DNA of 64,000 bases from the human T2T-CHM13v2.0 reference genome, Homo sapiens, in assembly GCF_009914755.1 (NCBI RefSeq), contig NC_060932.1. The stretch is one strand, 5' to 3'. Position 1 is the stretch's first letter, and each line of letters starts with the position of its first letter. Below are positions 18,159-41,565 of this stretch, piece after piece. The position numbers were made by a program, and so were the translations under genes. Below the pieces are notes generated by a model, which did no database searches, was not told the origin of the DNA, and saw only the letters and a program-made list of their open reading frames with translations.

Positions 18159-20315
18159 TTTAATTCTAGATCTCTAAGGCATTCTGAATATATTATGTTC
18201 AAGAATATAACATAATCACAAAAGTGATGTTTTAAATTTTTAATTCAATGAGAAAAAAGAACAGTGCCGACAAAAGAATATCCCCAAAGAAATAAATATC
18301 CATGAAAGAGATATGATTAACGGAATTCCATCCTCACATATAAAAAAAGTATATGACTAGTATTTGTAATTTATAATAAACTTGACTAAGCAGTTGAACA
18401 TCTGCTGAGAAATATCTTAGCAGAGTTGTCACAAAATATATCTTTTTATAAAGTCAATACCTGATTCTCCAGTTGCATGTTAGGTCAGCTTGTAAGAATA
18501 AGACAGGCACTGCGATGGACAGCATCCATGGTAGATGATCAATTGTAAGGAGGGGACTAAGGATTTCTTTGTGTAAAATAAAAGAGCACTTTATTTTATA
18601 ATTACTATATATTTTCTACTAATGAAAAAATGATCTGCTACAGCTTCTGCTGATAGTACCTAAGAGCTGAGGATACCTCTCTTAAAGGGTAACTTTTGTA
18701 TCACATATCTTCTTACTTGCCTCCTTCATAAACCCTCCTTAAAAGGAATTCTTGAGGGATGTCATCATTAGGTCACCAGGATTTTAATAATAACAATGCA
18801 ATGAAAATAACAATAACAATAGTAGCATTTGTTTACCATATGCCAATCACTTTTCTAAATTTTTAGACACAATAACTAATTGAATTCCTTCAGTAGCCGT
18901 TTACATAACAGATACTGATTACAGTATTAAAATCTGGATTGACAGACACATCCTACTTAGAAATTTCTTTGAGTCTCCCTACTTTTGAACTAAGCTTGTA
19001 TGATATTTGATACACCAATTCAAGTCATGCTCAAGCCATTCCTCTCATGCCAGGGAGCACAGTCTTTCAGTTGACACCTGGTTTATACCACTCATCTTGT
19101 TAAAACACTGTTCAGCTTCTGGTTATCTAAGGGAGAGGTGTGCTGCAGCCAGCTAATACCAGCTTGTGAGAAGCACTGTGCACACATCTTCCCAACTCTG
19201 CATTCGGTGACATCATGTTGGTGACTTGACATTGGCCATGCTGGGAGTATTTCACATTACAGAAATTGGGGCTTTTTTTTTTAATCAACTAGTTGTTAAA
19301 TATTTACTCATATATCATTAATCTGAGGAAATGTGTATTCTGTTAAGTTTGTCAGACCCTATTCAGATTCAGGTAGGACAAGCTTATGTCTCTAAATTGG
19401 GTAAGACCAATTATCAACGGCATCTTTAGATATCCAGCTCTCAGGAGAGAGGCAACTCGTTCTCATAATTGCTCTCCTAGGTCTACAGTAGACTCTTCGC
19501 CTTTCATTTCCACAATATGACCAATTTTTATATGCCAAAAACTTCTTAAACACTGTAATTCATCCTATCTAAAATACCATTGATTACTAGATTCACTATT
19601 GTTTTATATATGATTAAAAAAAAACACTGCCAGTTAATTTAATATACTGTCAACTGTAACATGCATCCTGATATCAAAAATAGTGAAAAGTAAAAAATGC
19701 ACATTAGAAATTGATGGGGAAAAAAAATCACTTCTATCTCGTTTACTATTGTTCTATTGTTTTCCCATCTCAGAATCTTAGTTCAACCTCTCCTTGACTC
19801 TTGATATTCCACTCCTAGATCTCCCACCTTAGTGCTTTCTCCAGTGCCTATTTATATTCATAAATATCTTTACCTACATAAACCACAACAGAATGAACTC
19901 TATTTATTAGGAAAAATAATCCTAAAAATAGATGCAAAATAATAAGAAAAGAAAGGAGAAGTGGAAAGAGACTATGGAACAGAGAGAAGGGACAAAAAAA
20001 TGGTTCCAGGCAAAATAGCCTAAGCAACATGCATTATTACAAAGTTGGTTTTAAGTTTATGGTGTGGAATGGCTTATTATCAGGATGAACATTCAAGTCT
20101 TCCCAACAACTGCTCTCACTGCTTTGAGAAGATATGAGTCTGGCCTGACATGACCAACAAGTATTTTTAAAGCACTTCAGACTTTACTGCAGCATTATCA
20201 AGACAAATAAATATGTTTTCTGTCTTTTCAAAAAATCACCTTTCATTCAACAATACTTTTGCGCTATCCCAACTTTTATGAATACTCTTAAGGTACTTGG
20301 AAATGATTTTACTTA

Positions 20316-20498
<183 letters not shown>

Positions 20499-20700
20499 CT
20501 AAATATGAAAAGAGATATTTATATACATATAACTCAACATGAAGGTATAATAAAGTCTTAAAGAAATTTTCTTAAAGTCAATTGTTGTAGCAATAATTTT
20601 AAAATATATGTGGAATTTTGCTTTAAAATGCCAGTTATGCTCTTCAACTTCCTCTTCCATCCTTTCCTTCCTGAAGAGGAGCTAAAGAAAGTAGGCATCA

Positions 20701-20833
20701 AGGTGGAGCACAGTGGCTCACGCCTGTTATCCCAGCACTTTGGGAGGCCGAGGCAGGTGGATCACCTGAAGTCGGGAGTTCTAAGCCTGACCAACATAGA
20801 GAAACCCTGTCTCTACTAAAAATACAAAATTAG
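20701..20833 (+). mobile_element. AluSp-like left arm, split by the L1 insertion
   Basis: GTGGCTCACGCCTGT to CTCTACTAAAAATACAAAATTAG, then L1 begins. Confidence 0.9.
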
Positions 20834-26772
<5,939 letters not shown>

Positions 26773-26950
26773 AAAAATACAAAATTAGCCAGGCATCATG
26801 GTGCATGCCTATAATCCCAGCTACTCATGAGGCCGAGGAAGGAGAATCACTTGAACTCAGGAGGCAGAGGTTACGGTGAGCCGAGATCACGCCATTTCAC
26901 TCCAGCCTGGGCAACAAGAGCCAAACTGTCTCAAAAAAGAAAAAAAAAAG
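26773..26950 (+). mobile_element. AluSp-like right arm, continuing the split Alu
   Basis: Resumes AAAATTAGCCAGGC; GGCAACAAGAGC; outer TSD AAAGAAA(G/T)TAGGCATC at 20684-20699 and 26951-26966. Confidence 0.9.
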
Positions 26951-28423
26951 AAAGAAATTAGGCATCTATACTTGGTGGAGGATGACAGAGATGTGATAGT
27001 CCAGGGTGAGGTCTCGAGAGCCCAGGCAGGGTAGGGAGAGTAGAAGAGTGCCTGTATATCAAGTCTCTGAGAATGGGGTGGGGGGTGGTTAGTGGTCAGA
27101 GTATGAGCACGTGAGGAGGGCATCCAAGAAGCAATTGACTTTATTCCTAGCACTGACCATCTGTAAAAAAATGCCTTCTAAATCAAGTTTAGTGAAAGTC
27201 ACTATTCTTTTAATACAAATGTAAATATACATTAAGATAAAAACAATTAAGAGCCTTTCATCACAATGATCAGTCTGAACATGAGTTCCTGATACATAAT
27301 TCTTTTTAAACAACTTGAATTTGTTATACTTTTCTTTCTCCTAAAGTAAATTCCAAAAGAAAAACAGCTTGTTTTGTGCTATTCACTTTCCGGGAATCTT
27401 TTTACATATTGAATTCACTTGAGGTATGACTAATTATTCTTTTTTTCTTACAAAAATTTTTTCCAAACACATTTTTTCCAAATCCGTGAACACAGATTTG
27501 TGCCTTCTACTCATTTTTGTGTATGGAGTGGTGTGTGCAATTTGGTACAAACTAAAGGAAGTGCTAAGTTTCTATCTGTGAGAGCAAATCATGGAAGGAC
27601 ATTAACAATTTGATCTGACGACCTAAATGCTGTATTTGGAATGAGTTTTACATTTGTTATTCGGGGAGAACTACTAAAAGTTCAATAGTAAAGCACATTT
27701 ACTTTTAAAGCTACACAACTATATTTGTGACTTAAGTTTAATGCATGTACTACTTGAAAGATTATAAACTCAAATGCCAGGCCAGGTGAGGGCTTGATAA
27801 TCAGGATATGTGCCCAAGTTTAAAAGGTGTAGACACTACTCAGCTCCAGCTGCAGCTGCAATTCAAGTCCCCATGTTTTAATTTTTAATGTTTTAATTTT
27901 CCAAGAAAAGCCAGAAATCCACATATTAATGTAAATTTTCCAATTTTTAAATACTTATATGCAGGGGGATAAAGTTTTCCATTTTACAAACCTGGCAAAA
28001 CACATCCAGGTGTTGAATTTGGCCCACGAACCACAAGTTTATGACCTCTGCTTCAGGAAAAAGAAAGTCAAGACATTTGGCTTATGCCAAGTCCCTCAGG
28101 TGCTAGAGGGAGGGTATGATGATGAATTTACTTGGTGAACTGAAACACACAGGGAAAAAATCCTTAGCACAAAAGGGTCAATCTAAACTAAAGACAAGTC
28201 AGTAGGCCTAGAGGCCAACTAGAGCTGAAAAGGTAACCAGGAATGTATGCCATGAGCAATCATACTAGTTTTATAAATCCACAAAATACAACATTAAAGG
28301 TCCTTAAACAAGCACTTTGAAAATAGTTCTTTCTTGCAGAGCCAGAGATAAAACAAATCCTACAGAGGTAACACAGACACAGCTGACTTGCCCTTTAGAG
28401 GTAGTGTAAAAGAGTAATTCTAA

Positions 28424-28481
28424 GTAAGCCATTCTTTTTTTTTTATTTTTTTATTTTTTTTTTTTTTTGTAAGCCATTCTT
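28424..28481 (-). repeat. Poly(T) tract flanked by a 13-bp direct repeat (tail-only retro-insertion)
   Basis: GTAAGCCATTCTT at 28424-28436 and 28469-28481 around 32 nt that are nearly all T. Confidence 0.8.
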
Positions 28482-28790
28482 GACAAGAGCAGCTACATAA
28501 TCCTTTGCTGGGAGCCATTATTCCATCCATAGTAGCTGCCACTAAAGCAGATGAGAATAGCAGTGCTCAAGAGAAGAGCAAACAGTATCAACTTGGGGGT
28601 CTCTGCTTGTAACCAGGGCAGGTCCTGCCCACTTTCCCTATGATCTGCTTTCCCATTACTCCACTTTTATGGTTGATATCTACCAGAGTTCCTCTGTTCT
28701 TTTTCTTCTTTTTTCGCTTTGGCTATTTTTTTTTTTTCAATTGGCTGACTTTCAATTGAAGCCATAGTCCAATTAAAACTAAATGACAGG

Positions 28791-29116
<326 letters not shown>

Positions 29117-30675
29117 CCAGATGACACTAAGATACAGTAGTAGCAGATCCAGTAGTTAAACTTTTACTGGAGATAATTCAGCCATCACTAGGACCTGTTC
29201 CTAAAATAACACAATGTCCTTTTTCAATTGTGAAGAGATGTTTGAGCTAAGATTAGTATAATAGTAAGTGGTATTTTCCCCTTGGTTTTAGAAAATTATT
29301 GAGTGCTCTCAACTGTTTAAAAAGATTCTCTTGAGATTTTTAGTAAGTCTGCAGTTAAATATTTATTACATTATAAACTTTATAAAGTTATAGTTACTTT
29401 TTATAGGTAACTTTAAAATCAAGTGGAAGTAGAACATTTCTCCTCCATTATTTTTTGCCTCTATTATATTTTGCAAGGAAGTCAGTGTGTTTTTGGCGAG
29501 TGAAATAATTTTACCACAAGCATAAGAACCCTGGATTAACACCTGAATTTGCTTTTAAATTGTAGCTTATTATTTCATTTGATTTTTGATATTGCATCAT
29601 TGATTTTGGGAAGCTACATCAAACAATCAGACAAACCCTTGCTTCAAAAATCATAGTCTAGAACCATCTCTGAATCCTAGGGCTTATGCCAAAATGTACT
29701 CATTTACTTGTCAAATGACTCCTAAAAACAGTAAATGTAGCAACTCCCACAATCCATGTTCACTACAGGGAGTCCTGTTTATAAAGTCTCTAAACTAACA
29801 TTGATAGCTCCTCTCATGCTGATATAGACTGCAGAGACTGGAAGCATACTGTCACCGCTGGATATGTATCATAGAGCTCAGTGCCTAACCCTGGAAAATG
29901 TTACAATAAAGCTCACTAACTGAGCTGTCACAGGTACTAACTTGGAGTTGACTATTTCCTTTAACAGTTGGTCATAGAGATCAGATCTCCTGCTATTCTG
30001 CTGTACTATTTTCTCCTTTGAAGCCTGAAAGTTGACAGGACCGTCAAGGTAGAAAGGAGTAAGGTAAAGGAATTACAGACATATGGAACAGTATCACTTT
30101 CATTTATTCAATCATGCATTCATTCATTCATCAAACATGTGTTGTCTTTTTAATATATATTAAGCATATATATACCTATCATGCATATGAGGACCATTTA
30201 ATATACAGCTTGGAAACAGGGGCAACTAGTGCTAAAAGAATATGAGACATCAACTAATCCAACTACCTCAAGTTTTACATGAGTACCATACATGCTATTC
30301 AAAGTTACATGGGATACTGAACAGTGGTTCTTAAATAAAACTTGCTGCAGAAGATAGAAAATAGATAAAAACATCATAGCAAACTTAAAAGAAAACAGTA
30401 CAGAAGAATAACAAATACGAAACCTGACTTCTATGACCAACTCAGCCAATAAACAGCGAAAAAAAAACCCTGAATAAGTCATTTAACTTCTCTAGATCTG
30501 TTTTCTCATTTGTAAATTAAAGGATTGGATAACTATAAATTTTCTTCCAATTCTATAAGGTAGTAGGAATTCTTAAATATTCTAAAATATAAAAAGGATT
30601 TTATAAAACAATACAAATTAGAAATGGGAGACAACATCCTACCCAGTTACCTCTTTTAATGTAGACAATAAAAAC

Positions 30676-31031
<356 letters not shown>

Positions 31032-31829
31032 TTAACTACTTCATACTGGTTAGCAAGAAAAAAATTTCAACATGCATCTCCAAAAATGACCCACTTCTAT
31101 TAACCGTGCTATAATAACTTTTGTTTCTTTAACACTAACCAATAAATGTTACGCTCGCAACAGAGTTCTTTTATTGAAATAAACGTATTGGTGGCTCAAG
31201 GTGATAAGGTACTTACATTTATCTCTCTCCCTCCTGAAATCCCATTAAATGATGGTAAAATAATAAATTAAAAAATTGTAAAAATTATAAACTCTCAATA
31301 TTGAAGAGAACAGATGGAGAACAAAAGTATACAAACATACTTTCTAGTGGACAGAAAGCATGTGGAAGAGTGATAATTAATGAAGCAGAGTGAAATTCAA
31401 GAAGAAGAAGCTGTGAAAAAAAGAAAGCTATTCTATCCTGAAGTATTCCATAAAGGTATGGAGCTCAGTCATGCCAGGCTGCAGTGAGAAGACAAGCTGA
31501 AAACAAGGAGAATAGCTAAAAACAACAGAGGCAGGGCAGTCAATATTCTGTCAAGCACAAAATTCCTCAAGTGCATAATATCTGGTAATAGGCATGTATT
31601 ATCCTGTCAAAAATAAATATATTTTTTCTCTTCCCTTAAAAAAATCAAACAAATTGTACAGAGGAGAGCCAAGTTTGGGATGGTTTGTTATGCAGCAGTA
31701 ACTTATACTGTTTCTATAACCTATAGAAGCAGCAAAGAAAAGACTCCAAATGACAGCTGTGCAGCAAGCATATGAACAATTTGTGATGATTCAAATACGA
31801 GGGCTCCCAAAGGAAGGCTGGGAAGTCTG

Positions 31830-32010
31830 GCCACATGGCTTGAACCTTGGCTCTACCGCTTACCAGCTCTGGGGACAGGTCTGTGCACTTAGAATCTCTG
31901 TGCTGCTGTTTACTCATCTTATAAAATGGTGTTTGTAATTATATCTATCTATTTTACAAGATTGTTGTAAGGAATAAATGTGTGGCCATATGTAAAGCAC
32001 TCAAATAGTG
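31830..32010 (+). mobile_element. MIR
   Basis: GGCTCTACCGCTTACCAGCT..CTCATCTTATAAAATGG..ATATGTAAAGCACT. Confidence 0.6.
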
Positions 32011-35000
32011 TCTGAAGGTAAACAGACCCTGTCAAAAACTTTAGCTTCTTTAAAAATTAATTTCTTATAGACTCAGTCACCACCATCAAGTTTTATTGAC
32101 TAATCTAGTATTTGTCAACCAAGATGATTTCCCCCCTGCCACCCCCACTCCAGGGGACATTTGGCAACGTCTGGAGATGTGTTTGATTGTCATGACTGAA
32201 AAATCAACAACTCTTCTTAGATGCATCTGAGAGGTGGGGGTCACAGGGAAAACTGCTGTTCTCAAATGTGGAGAGACAAGTGAATGCAGAGAACTACTGA
32301 AAAGAAGCCTCCAAGAAGAAACCTCTGTGGGAACCAGTGCCGAGGTAGGGAAACCCGAGCTGTAACTGGTGAATTGGTGGATGCTCAGTGGGACAAGTCT
32401 GAAAGTTAAAAACTCCAGAGAGACTCAGTTATTGGGGACTCTCACACTTTTGTGAGTTTTAACTCCAGGAGCTCAACCTGGTCCTTACAGTGAATATAGG
32501 AGAAAAATCCCCTTGTACTTCAGACGGCAAGTTCTGTGGGGAATAGAACTATTTTGAAATACATCAGAGCACTCTCTCTTATTCAACAATTCATTTATCA
32601 AACAGGTGTTGTCTTTTTAATATACATTAAGCACATATATAAAACTATCATGCATATGACATGTGTCCTCAAGGAAACTCTTCAAGCAAAGCCTAAACAC
32701 TTGTCAGAGCCTAAGTGTCCTGGAGGAAGGGAAATAACCAATTCTAGCTGGCACTAGTCATTCTGTCCTACCAAAAGAGAGGGAAACACTGAGAAGCAAA
32801 TGTGCAGTTCATAGTCCAGAGGCACAGGCTCACTAGAAGACTGAGACCCACTCATAAGACTATAGAACACTTTCCCTCCCCACACACCCTATCACCACAT
32901 TACTAAAGGCCGATTGACAGCCATTCCTTTTACCCAATACATCATGCCCAGCTATCAAAAAGAAATTACAAGATAGACAAAAAAGCAAAAAACATAGTTT
33001 GAAGAGACAGAGCAAGGATCAGAACCAGATTCAGACACAGCAAGGATACTGAAATTATCAGTCCAGGCATCTAATACAACTATGATTAAGACACTAAGGG
33101 CTCTAACGGAAGAAATAAGATGTAAGAACAGATAAGCAATGTACGCAGAAAGATGGAAATTTTAAATAAGAATCAAAAAGAAATGCTAGAGATCGAAAGC
33201 CCTGTAACAGAAATGAAGAATGCCTTTGATGGGCTTACAGGTAGATGACACAGCTGAGGAAAAAAAAAAACTGTGACTCTGAAGATACCTCAATAAAAAC
33301 TGCCAAAACTGAAAAGCAAAGAGAAAAAAGATTGAGGGAAAAATTGAACAGAATATTCAAGAACTTTGGGACAACTACAAAAGGTGTAAACTAATGGGAA
33401 TTCTAGAAGGAGAAGAAAGACAAATACAGCAGAAATATTTGAAACAATAATGACTAAGACTTTCCTTCAAATTAATATCAGACACCAAACCACAGATCCA
33501 GGAAGCTCAGAGGACATCAACCAGAATAAACACCAAAAACACTACATCTAGGCATATAGTATCATTTTCAAACTACAGAAAAATCAAAGATGAAGAAAAA
33601 ATTCTAAAAGAAGCTTGGGGGGAAAACAGCTTTCCTACAGAGGAGAAAAGATAAAAATTATATCCAGCTTCTCCTCATAAATCATGCAATCAAGAAAACA
33701 GTGGAGTGAGATATCTAAAGTGTTAAGAGGAAACAAAAAAAAAAAATACTAACCTAGAATTCTGTACCCTGACAAGTTATCCTTCAAAAATGAAGGAGAA
33801 TTAAAGACTTTCTCAGACAAATAAAAATTGAGGGAATTTGTTGCAAGTAGACCTGCCTTGCAAGAAATGTTTAAAGAAATTCTTTAGAAAGAAGAAAATT
33901 ATAAAAGTCAAAAACTCAGATCTACATTACATAAAGAAAGGCAGAACACAGAGAAGGAATATGTGAAGGTAAAATTAAAACTTTTAAGTTTTTAATTAGT
34001 AATTGATCTAACAATTAACAGTTTGCTCATGTTAAACAATTTGCTAATAATAAAAGGGTTAATTATCTGAAGAAGTCGGAATAATCCTTAATGTGTACAT
34101 GCCTAAAAATAGTCAAAAACCATGAGGCAAAAACTGACAAAACTGCAAGGAAAAATAGATGAATCATTACAGTTGGAGACTTTAATGTCCCTCTATCAGA
34201 AAAGGACAGATCCAGCAGGGAGAAAATCACTCAGGATATAGCTGAACTCAACAACATCATAAATCAACTGGATATGATGGACATCTGTAGACAATTTCAT
34301 CCAGCAACAGCAGAATATATATTCTTCTCATGCCACATGAAACAGTCACCAAAACAGACCACATTCTGGACCATAAAACACACCTTAACAAATTTAAAGG
34401 AATAGAAATCATGCAATGTCTGCTTTCAGACCACACTAGAATTTAACTAGAAATCAGGAATAGAAAGATAGCTCAAAAATCCCAAAATTCTTAGAGTAAA
34501 CAAATACACGTCTAAATAACATGAGTCAAACAAATCTCAAGAGAAATTTAAAAATACTTTGAACTAAATGAAAATGAAAACACAACTTATCTAAAATAAA
34601 AATTAGCACAGAAAGCAATGAAACTGAAAACAGGAAATCAATAGAATCAACGAAAGCAAAAGTTGGTTATTTGAGGTAAGCTTCTAGCCAGACTAAGAAA
34701 AACAAAAAGAGAGGACACAAATTACTAATAATAGAAATGAAAGAGAGGACATCACTACATATCCCATGAACATTAAAGAAATACTATAAACAACTCTATA
34801 CCCACAGATTTGATAACCTAAATTAAATGGATTAATTCCTTGAAAGACAAAGTCTGCCAAAATTCAAGTAAGAAGAACAGATAATCTGAATAGGCCTATG
34901 TCTATTAAAGACATTAAATCAGTAATTAATATACTTCCAAAACAGAAAGCCCCAGGTCCATATGGGTTCACTGGTGAGTTCTACCAAACATTTAAAGAAG

Positions 35001-35252
35001 AAATCAAACCAATTCTCTACAATCTCTTTCAGAAGATAGGAGTGGAACTTATCCTATGAGGACAGTAATATCTTAATATCAAAACCACACAAAGACATTA
35101 CAAGAAAAGAAAACTACAGACCAATATTTCTCATGCATGTAGATGCAAAAATCCTCAACAGAATATTAGCAAATCAAATCCAACAACATATAAAAATTAT
35201 ATACCACAACTGAGACTTACGACAGGTTTAACATTCAAAAATCAAAATGTAG

Positions 35253-36680
<1,428 letters not shown>

Positions 36681-37168
36681 AATGTAATCCATCACATCAA
36701 TTGGCTAAAGAAGAAAAATCACATGGTCGTATTTCATTTCGTCAAATGGAAAAGCATTTGACAAAACCCAATACCCATTCATAATAGTAACTCTCAGAAA
36801 ACTAGAGAAAGCTTCAACTTCCTAAAGAATATCTACAAAAAACCTACATATGTAATGGTAAGTAACTTGAAACTTTTCCTACTAAGCACAGGAAGAAGGC
36901 AAGGATGTCCCCTCTCATCACTGCTTTTCAACATTGTACTAGAAGTCCTAGCTAATGCAATAAGACAAAAAGAAAAAATAAAAGTATACAGATTGGGAAG
37001 GAAGAAATAAAACTGTGTATGATCATGGATGGCATGATGACCTATGTAGAAAATCAAAAAGAATCAACAAGAAAAAAACCTCCTGGAATAAGTAATTACA
37101 GCAACATTACACAATATAAGGTTAATATACAAAAAACTATGTGGCCAAAGTATTGGTAGTCATTAATG

Positions 37169-37775
37169 TGTAAACCAAGAGTATGAGACAGGTCTAAATC
37201 AATTTGGAAAGTTTATTTTGCCAAGGTTAAGGACACGCCCATGACACAGCCTAAGGAGGTCCTGAGACACGTGCCCAAGGAAGTCAGGGTACAGCTTGGT
37301 TTTATACAATTTAGGGAGACATGAGACATCAATCAATACGTGTAAGATGTACATTGGTTACACTGGTTCAGTCCAGAAAGGCAGGAGAACTAGAAGCAGG
37401 TTGCGAGGGTGGCTTCCAGGTCATAGGTAGATTTAAAGATTTTCTGATTGGCAATTGGTTGAAAGGGTTATTATCAATAGAAAGGAATGTCTGCGTGACC
37501 ATAAGGCATTGTGGAGAGTATGGTTTTATCATGCAGATGAAGCGTCCAGGTAGCAGGCTTCAGAGAAAACAGATTGTAAATGTTTCTTACTAGACTTAAA
37601 GAGTCATTTCTATCACTAATTCTGAAAGGAGGGAGGTATAATGAGGCACGTCTGGCTCCCCCTTCCCATCACGGCCTGCACTAGTTTTTCAGGTTAACTT
37701 TGGAACGCCCTTGGCTGACAGGAGGGGTCCATTCAGATGGTTGAGGGGGCTTTAGAATTTTATTTTTGGTTTACA
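37169..37775 (-). mobile_element. ERV1 solo LTR, MER4A-like
   Basis: Minus strand begins TGTAAACCAAAAATAAAATTCTAAAGCCCCC; TG..CA termini; 4-bp TSD AATG at 37165-37168 and 37776-37779. Confidence 0.85.
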
Positions 37776-38285
37776 AATGTAAATGCTGGTCAATGAAAAT
37801 GGTAAGTATGAAGAAAAGAGAAAAGCTGTGAGCCAGATGCTGACGAAAAATGGAAAGAATTGAAAAGATTTTTATCAAGGAGCCTTTTTAAAGTATTTCT
37901 GATAGAACAGTAGTCTGAAATGGTACTGAGAAACGAGAACGAAGATGAGTCATTTTTTCCTCCTAGCCTTGAGACCCGTTGCAATCTATACTAGGGAAGA
38001 CCAGAAGGGAAGCAGTGTTATCAAGGGAAACCAAGAAAGCAAGCAAGAAATACTTGTAGAGAAGGTTAAAGGGGAGATTGTTCGTAAAAAGACATAGGAA
38101 ATTTGTGGCCAACGAACACACATTTACAGAGCAGGCCTGAAGGAAAAAGGTCAGGTTGTAACAAAGAATAGTGATCTCTATCATAACCCATAGGACAGAA
38201 GAAGAAAACACTGGAATTTCTATTTGTTTTTTTTAACTTCACCTTCAAAATGTTTTTATGTGTAAATGCTTTAAAATGTATATAA

Positions 38286-38642
<357 letters not shown>

Positions 38643-39099
38643 TAAATACTGGAACATCTGCTCAAAAATTTATTAATGAAGGGACATGATCAAAAAAGTT
38701 TAGAAATCTCTGTAATAGTGGTATATCGTGGGAGCAGGAGAAACATTATGCTAGATAGGGAAAAACAGTTACAAAAGGAGACTGGACAGTCAGTCTCTCT
38801 CTCATTTTATGAGCAGAGCTGTAAGCCAGATGCTGACAGATGCATAGACTGGGACCAAGGGATGCTTTTAAGGTTTCTAGTAAGACAGAAGTTGTCTGAC
38901 TAAAGGCTAAGGTATGCAGGTAGGCATGTGGAACTTTACTTCTAACTATTCTTGGATTTTTCTGGTATTCTACACTGCATTGCTTCTAACAACAAAAAAT
39001 TACCTTACAGGAAATAATGTGGGATAACTGTCACATGTTTATGGAATTCAATGGTCTTATCAGTGCTGGGCCCGAGAGACCAGTGAAATGCTCCCTTTA

Positions 39100-39750
39100 A
39101 AAAAAATTAACTTTCTATTTAAAAATCATTGTAGATTCACATGCAATTGTAACCAAGAATACATAGAGAGCCCCTGCACCCTTACCCAGGGCTCCCAATG
39201 GTAACATTTTAGAAGACTATAGTATGATATCACAACTAGGAAATTGACATTGACACAATCCACCAATATTCAGATTTCACCAGTTATACACGTAATCATC
39301 AATGCAATTTTATTACATGTAAAGGTTCTGTACTGGCCATCACAGTCAAAATGCAGAACAAGTCCATTACCACAAGGATTCCTTGTGCTGTCCTTTTGTA
39401 ACTCCACATATCCCTTTTACCTCCCTCCTTCCTAACTCCTAGTAAGCACTGACCTGTTCTCCATCTCTATAATTCTGCCATTTCAAAAATGTTGTATAAA
39501 TGAAATCACACCATATGTAACTTTTTGGGACTGGCTTTTTTTTTTTCACTCAGCATAATTCCTTTGAGTCATTCAAATTATTTTGTGTATCAAACACTCA
39601 TTACTTTTTACTGCTAAGTAGTATTCCACGGTAAGGATGTACCACAGTTTGTTTAACCATTCAACAGCTGAAGGACATCTAGGCTGCTTTCAGTTTTTGG
39701 CTATTACAAATGAAGCTGTTAGGAACATTTCATTTCTTTGGGATAAATAC
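39100..39750 (-). mobile_element. Old L1M 3' fragment
   Basis: TAGATTCACATGCA..TTCACTCAGCATAAT..GTAGTATTCCA..TTTGGCTATTACAAAT, typical antisense L1M. Confidence 0.7.
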
Positions 39751-41270
39751 TGTGTGTCCCAGTGACACCCAGTTCTCAGTGTACATTTATGTCCCTTCAG
39801 AGAATCCAACCATCTCAATTTGGGTAGCTGGCCAGAGGCCAGGCAACTTGTTCAGCTGCCAACTCCTAGACTGAGTCCACCACTCATTTCCTGGCAGTTG
39901 TCAACAATGGAATCTCCAAAGCTTTAAAAAGGTAGGCAAAACCCAAACTGAATCAAGACTATTTAGTTTTATTCCCAAATCCCAACAAACCAGGCTCCAC
40001 TTGAATGTGCTTAATTGCTCTTATTTCCTGATATTTAATGCCAATAGATAAAAAACTTAAGGGCCATAATCAGGTTATAAAAATTAAAGTGATTAAAAGA
40101 GAAAAATTTAAGTGTAGCCTTAGAAGCAAACTTAGACACATTAAAAGATGGAAGTGAAATTTCTGAGTAAAAATGAGAGTTACGATCTCCAAATAGTGAA
40201 AAACCTAAGGTTGGCTTGGGAAGTCATGAGTCTGATTGGGTATAATCAGATCATATGACCACCCAAAAACAAAATACATACAGAACATATACATCTTTTC
40301 TTTTAAGAAATGTATAGTACTGCTTATAAGCATGTTACAGGTGTTAACAAAAACCTACTTTCCCCAGAGAATTCTATGTACTTCTTCACTATTTCATTGT
40401 TTATATATTAACTGGTCATTTCCTCTAAACATGCTTTGAAAATGTGAGACATACAACATTTCAAAAGATTTTTATTACTCAGAGGTAATTCTCCTAGAAT
40501 TCTATAATGTAAAAACAGGTTGGCACCATCGTTAAAACCAGAAACATTTTCCATCATTCCTTTACATATCAAATAGTTTTTAAAACACTGGTATAATTCT
40601 TAAAGTTGTCAGTAAAACTGATAAGAAAACAAAGGGTTAAGTAAAACTATATAATTTTACTATTACAGTATATGAATTTAGTGGACTTAAAAATTATACT
40701 AAAAATAAATTAATTTCCCTATTATATTGAAATAAGCCCTTTAAATCTATATATTTTTATTTTTCCAGTATTCTGAAAGGATTGAACATCTGATTTTAGA
40801 TATTCTGTCTTCTGGAATATTCGAATATTTTGAAATAAAAAATACTAATAAAAATATTCACAAAAAAGTAAAAAATTACATTTAAAAATATTTGCATGAA
40901 ATCTAATATATTGCTAAAATAAGGTAAAACTATAAACTGTCATGTAACATCAGTATTTTAAATAAATTTAAAATTTGAGTAAAATTTTTACTGTGCAGCC
41001 CTAAAACTCTCTGAAAAACATTTTTTCCAATGTTCTGAAAAGTAGCATGCCACCCTCTACTGCTAAGAGTCATAAAGCAGAAAAACCAATTCTTTGCTCA
41101 ACTATTGCCACCTTGTGGCTACGAGATGAGTTATATGCCATAGCACAGCTCCCAATTGCCTTAACAGATTCTACAAATTTATATTGTCTAAGTGACATAA
41201 GAAGGATTAAGGTTTTAAAAATGGAGGGAAAATGGTACCTGACTTAAATGGTTATAAAAATGAATGGGAC

Positions 41271-41565
41271 GGCCTGGTGTGGTGGCTCACACCTGTAATC
41301 CCAGCATTTTGGGAGGCTAGGGCAGGCAAATTGCCTGAGCCCAGAAGTGCGAGAGCAGCCTGGGCAATATGGCAAAACCCCATCTCTACAAAAAAATACA
41401 AAAATCAGCCAGGCATGGTGACGCACAGCTATGGTCCCAGCTTCTCAGGAGGCTGAGGTGGGAGAATCACCTGAGCCAAGGGAGAGAGGTTGCAGTGAGC
41501 CAAGTTTGCACCACTGCACCCCAGCCTCAGCAACAGAGCAAGACCCTGTCTGGAAAAAAAAAAAA
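41271..41565 (+). mobile_element. AluJ-like
   Basis: Diverged dimer, GAGCAAGACCCTGTCT end. Confidence 0.9.
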
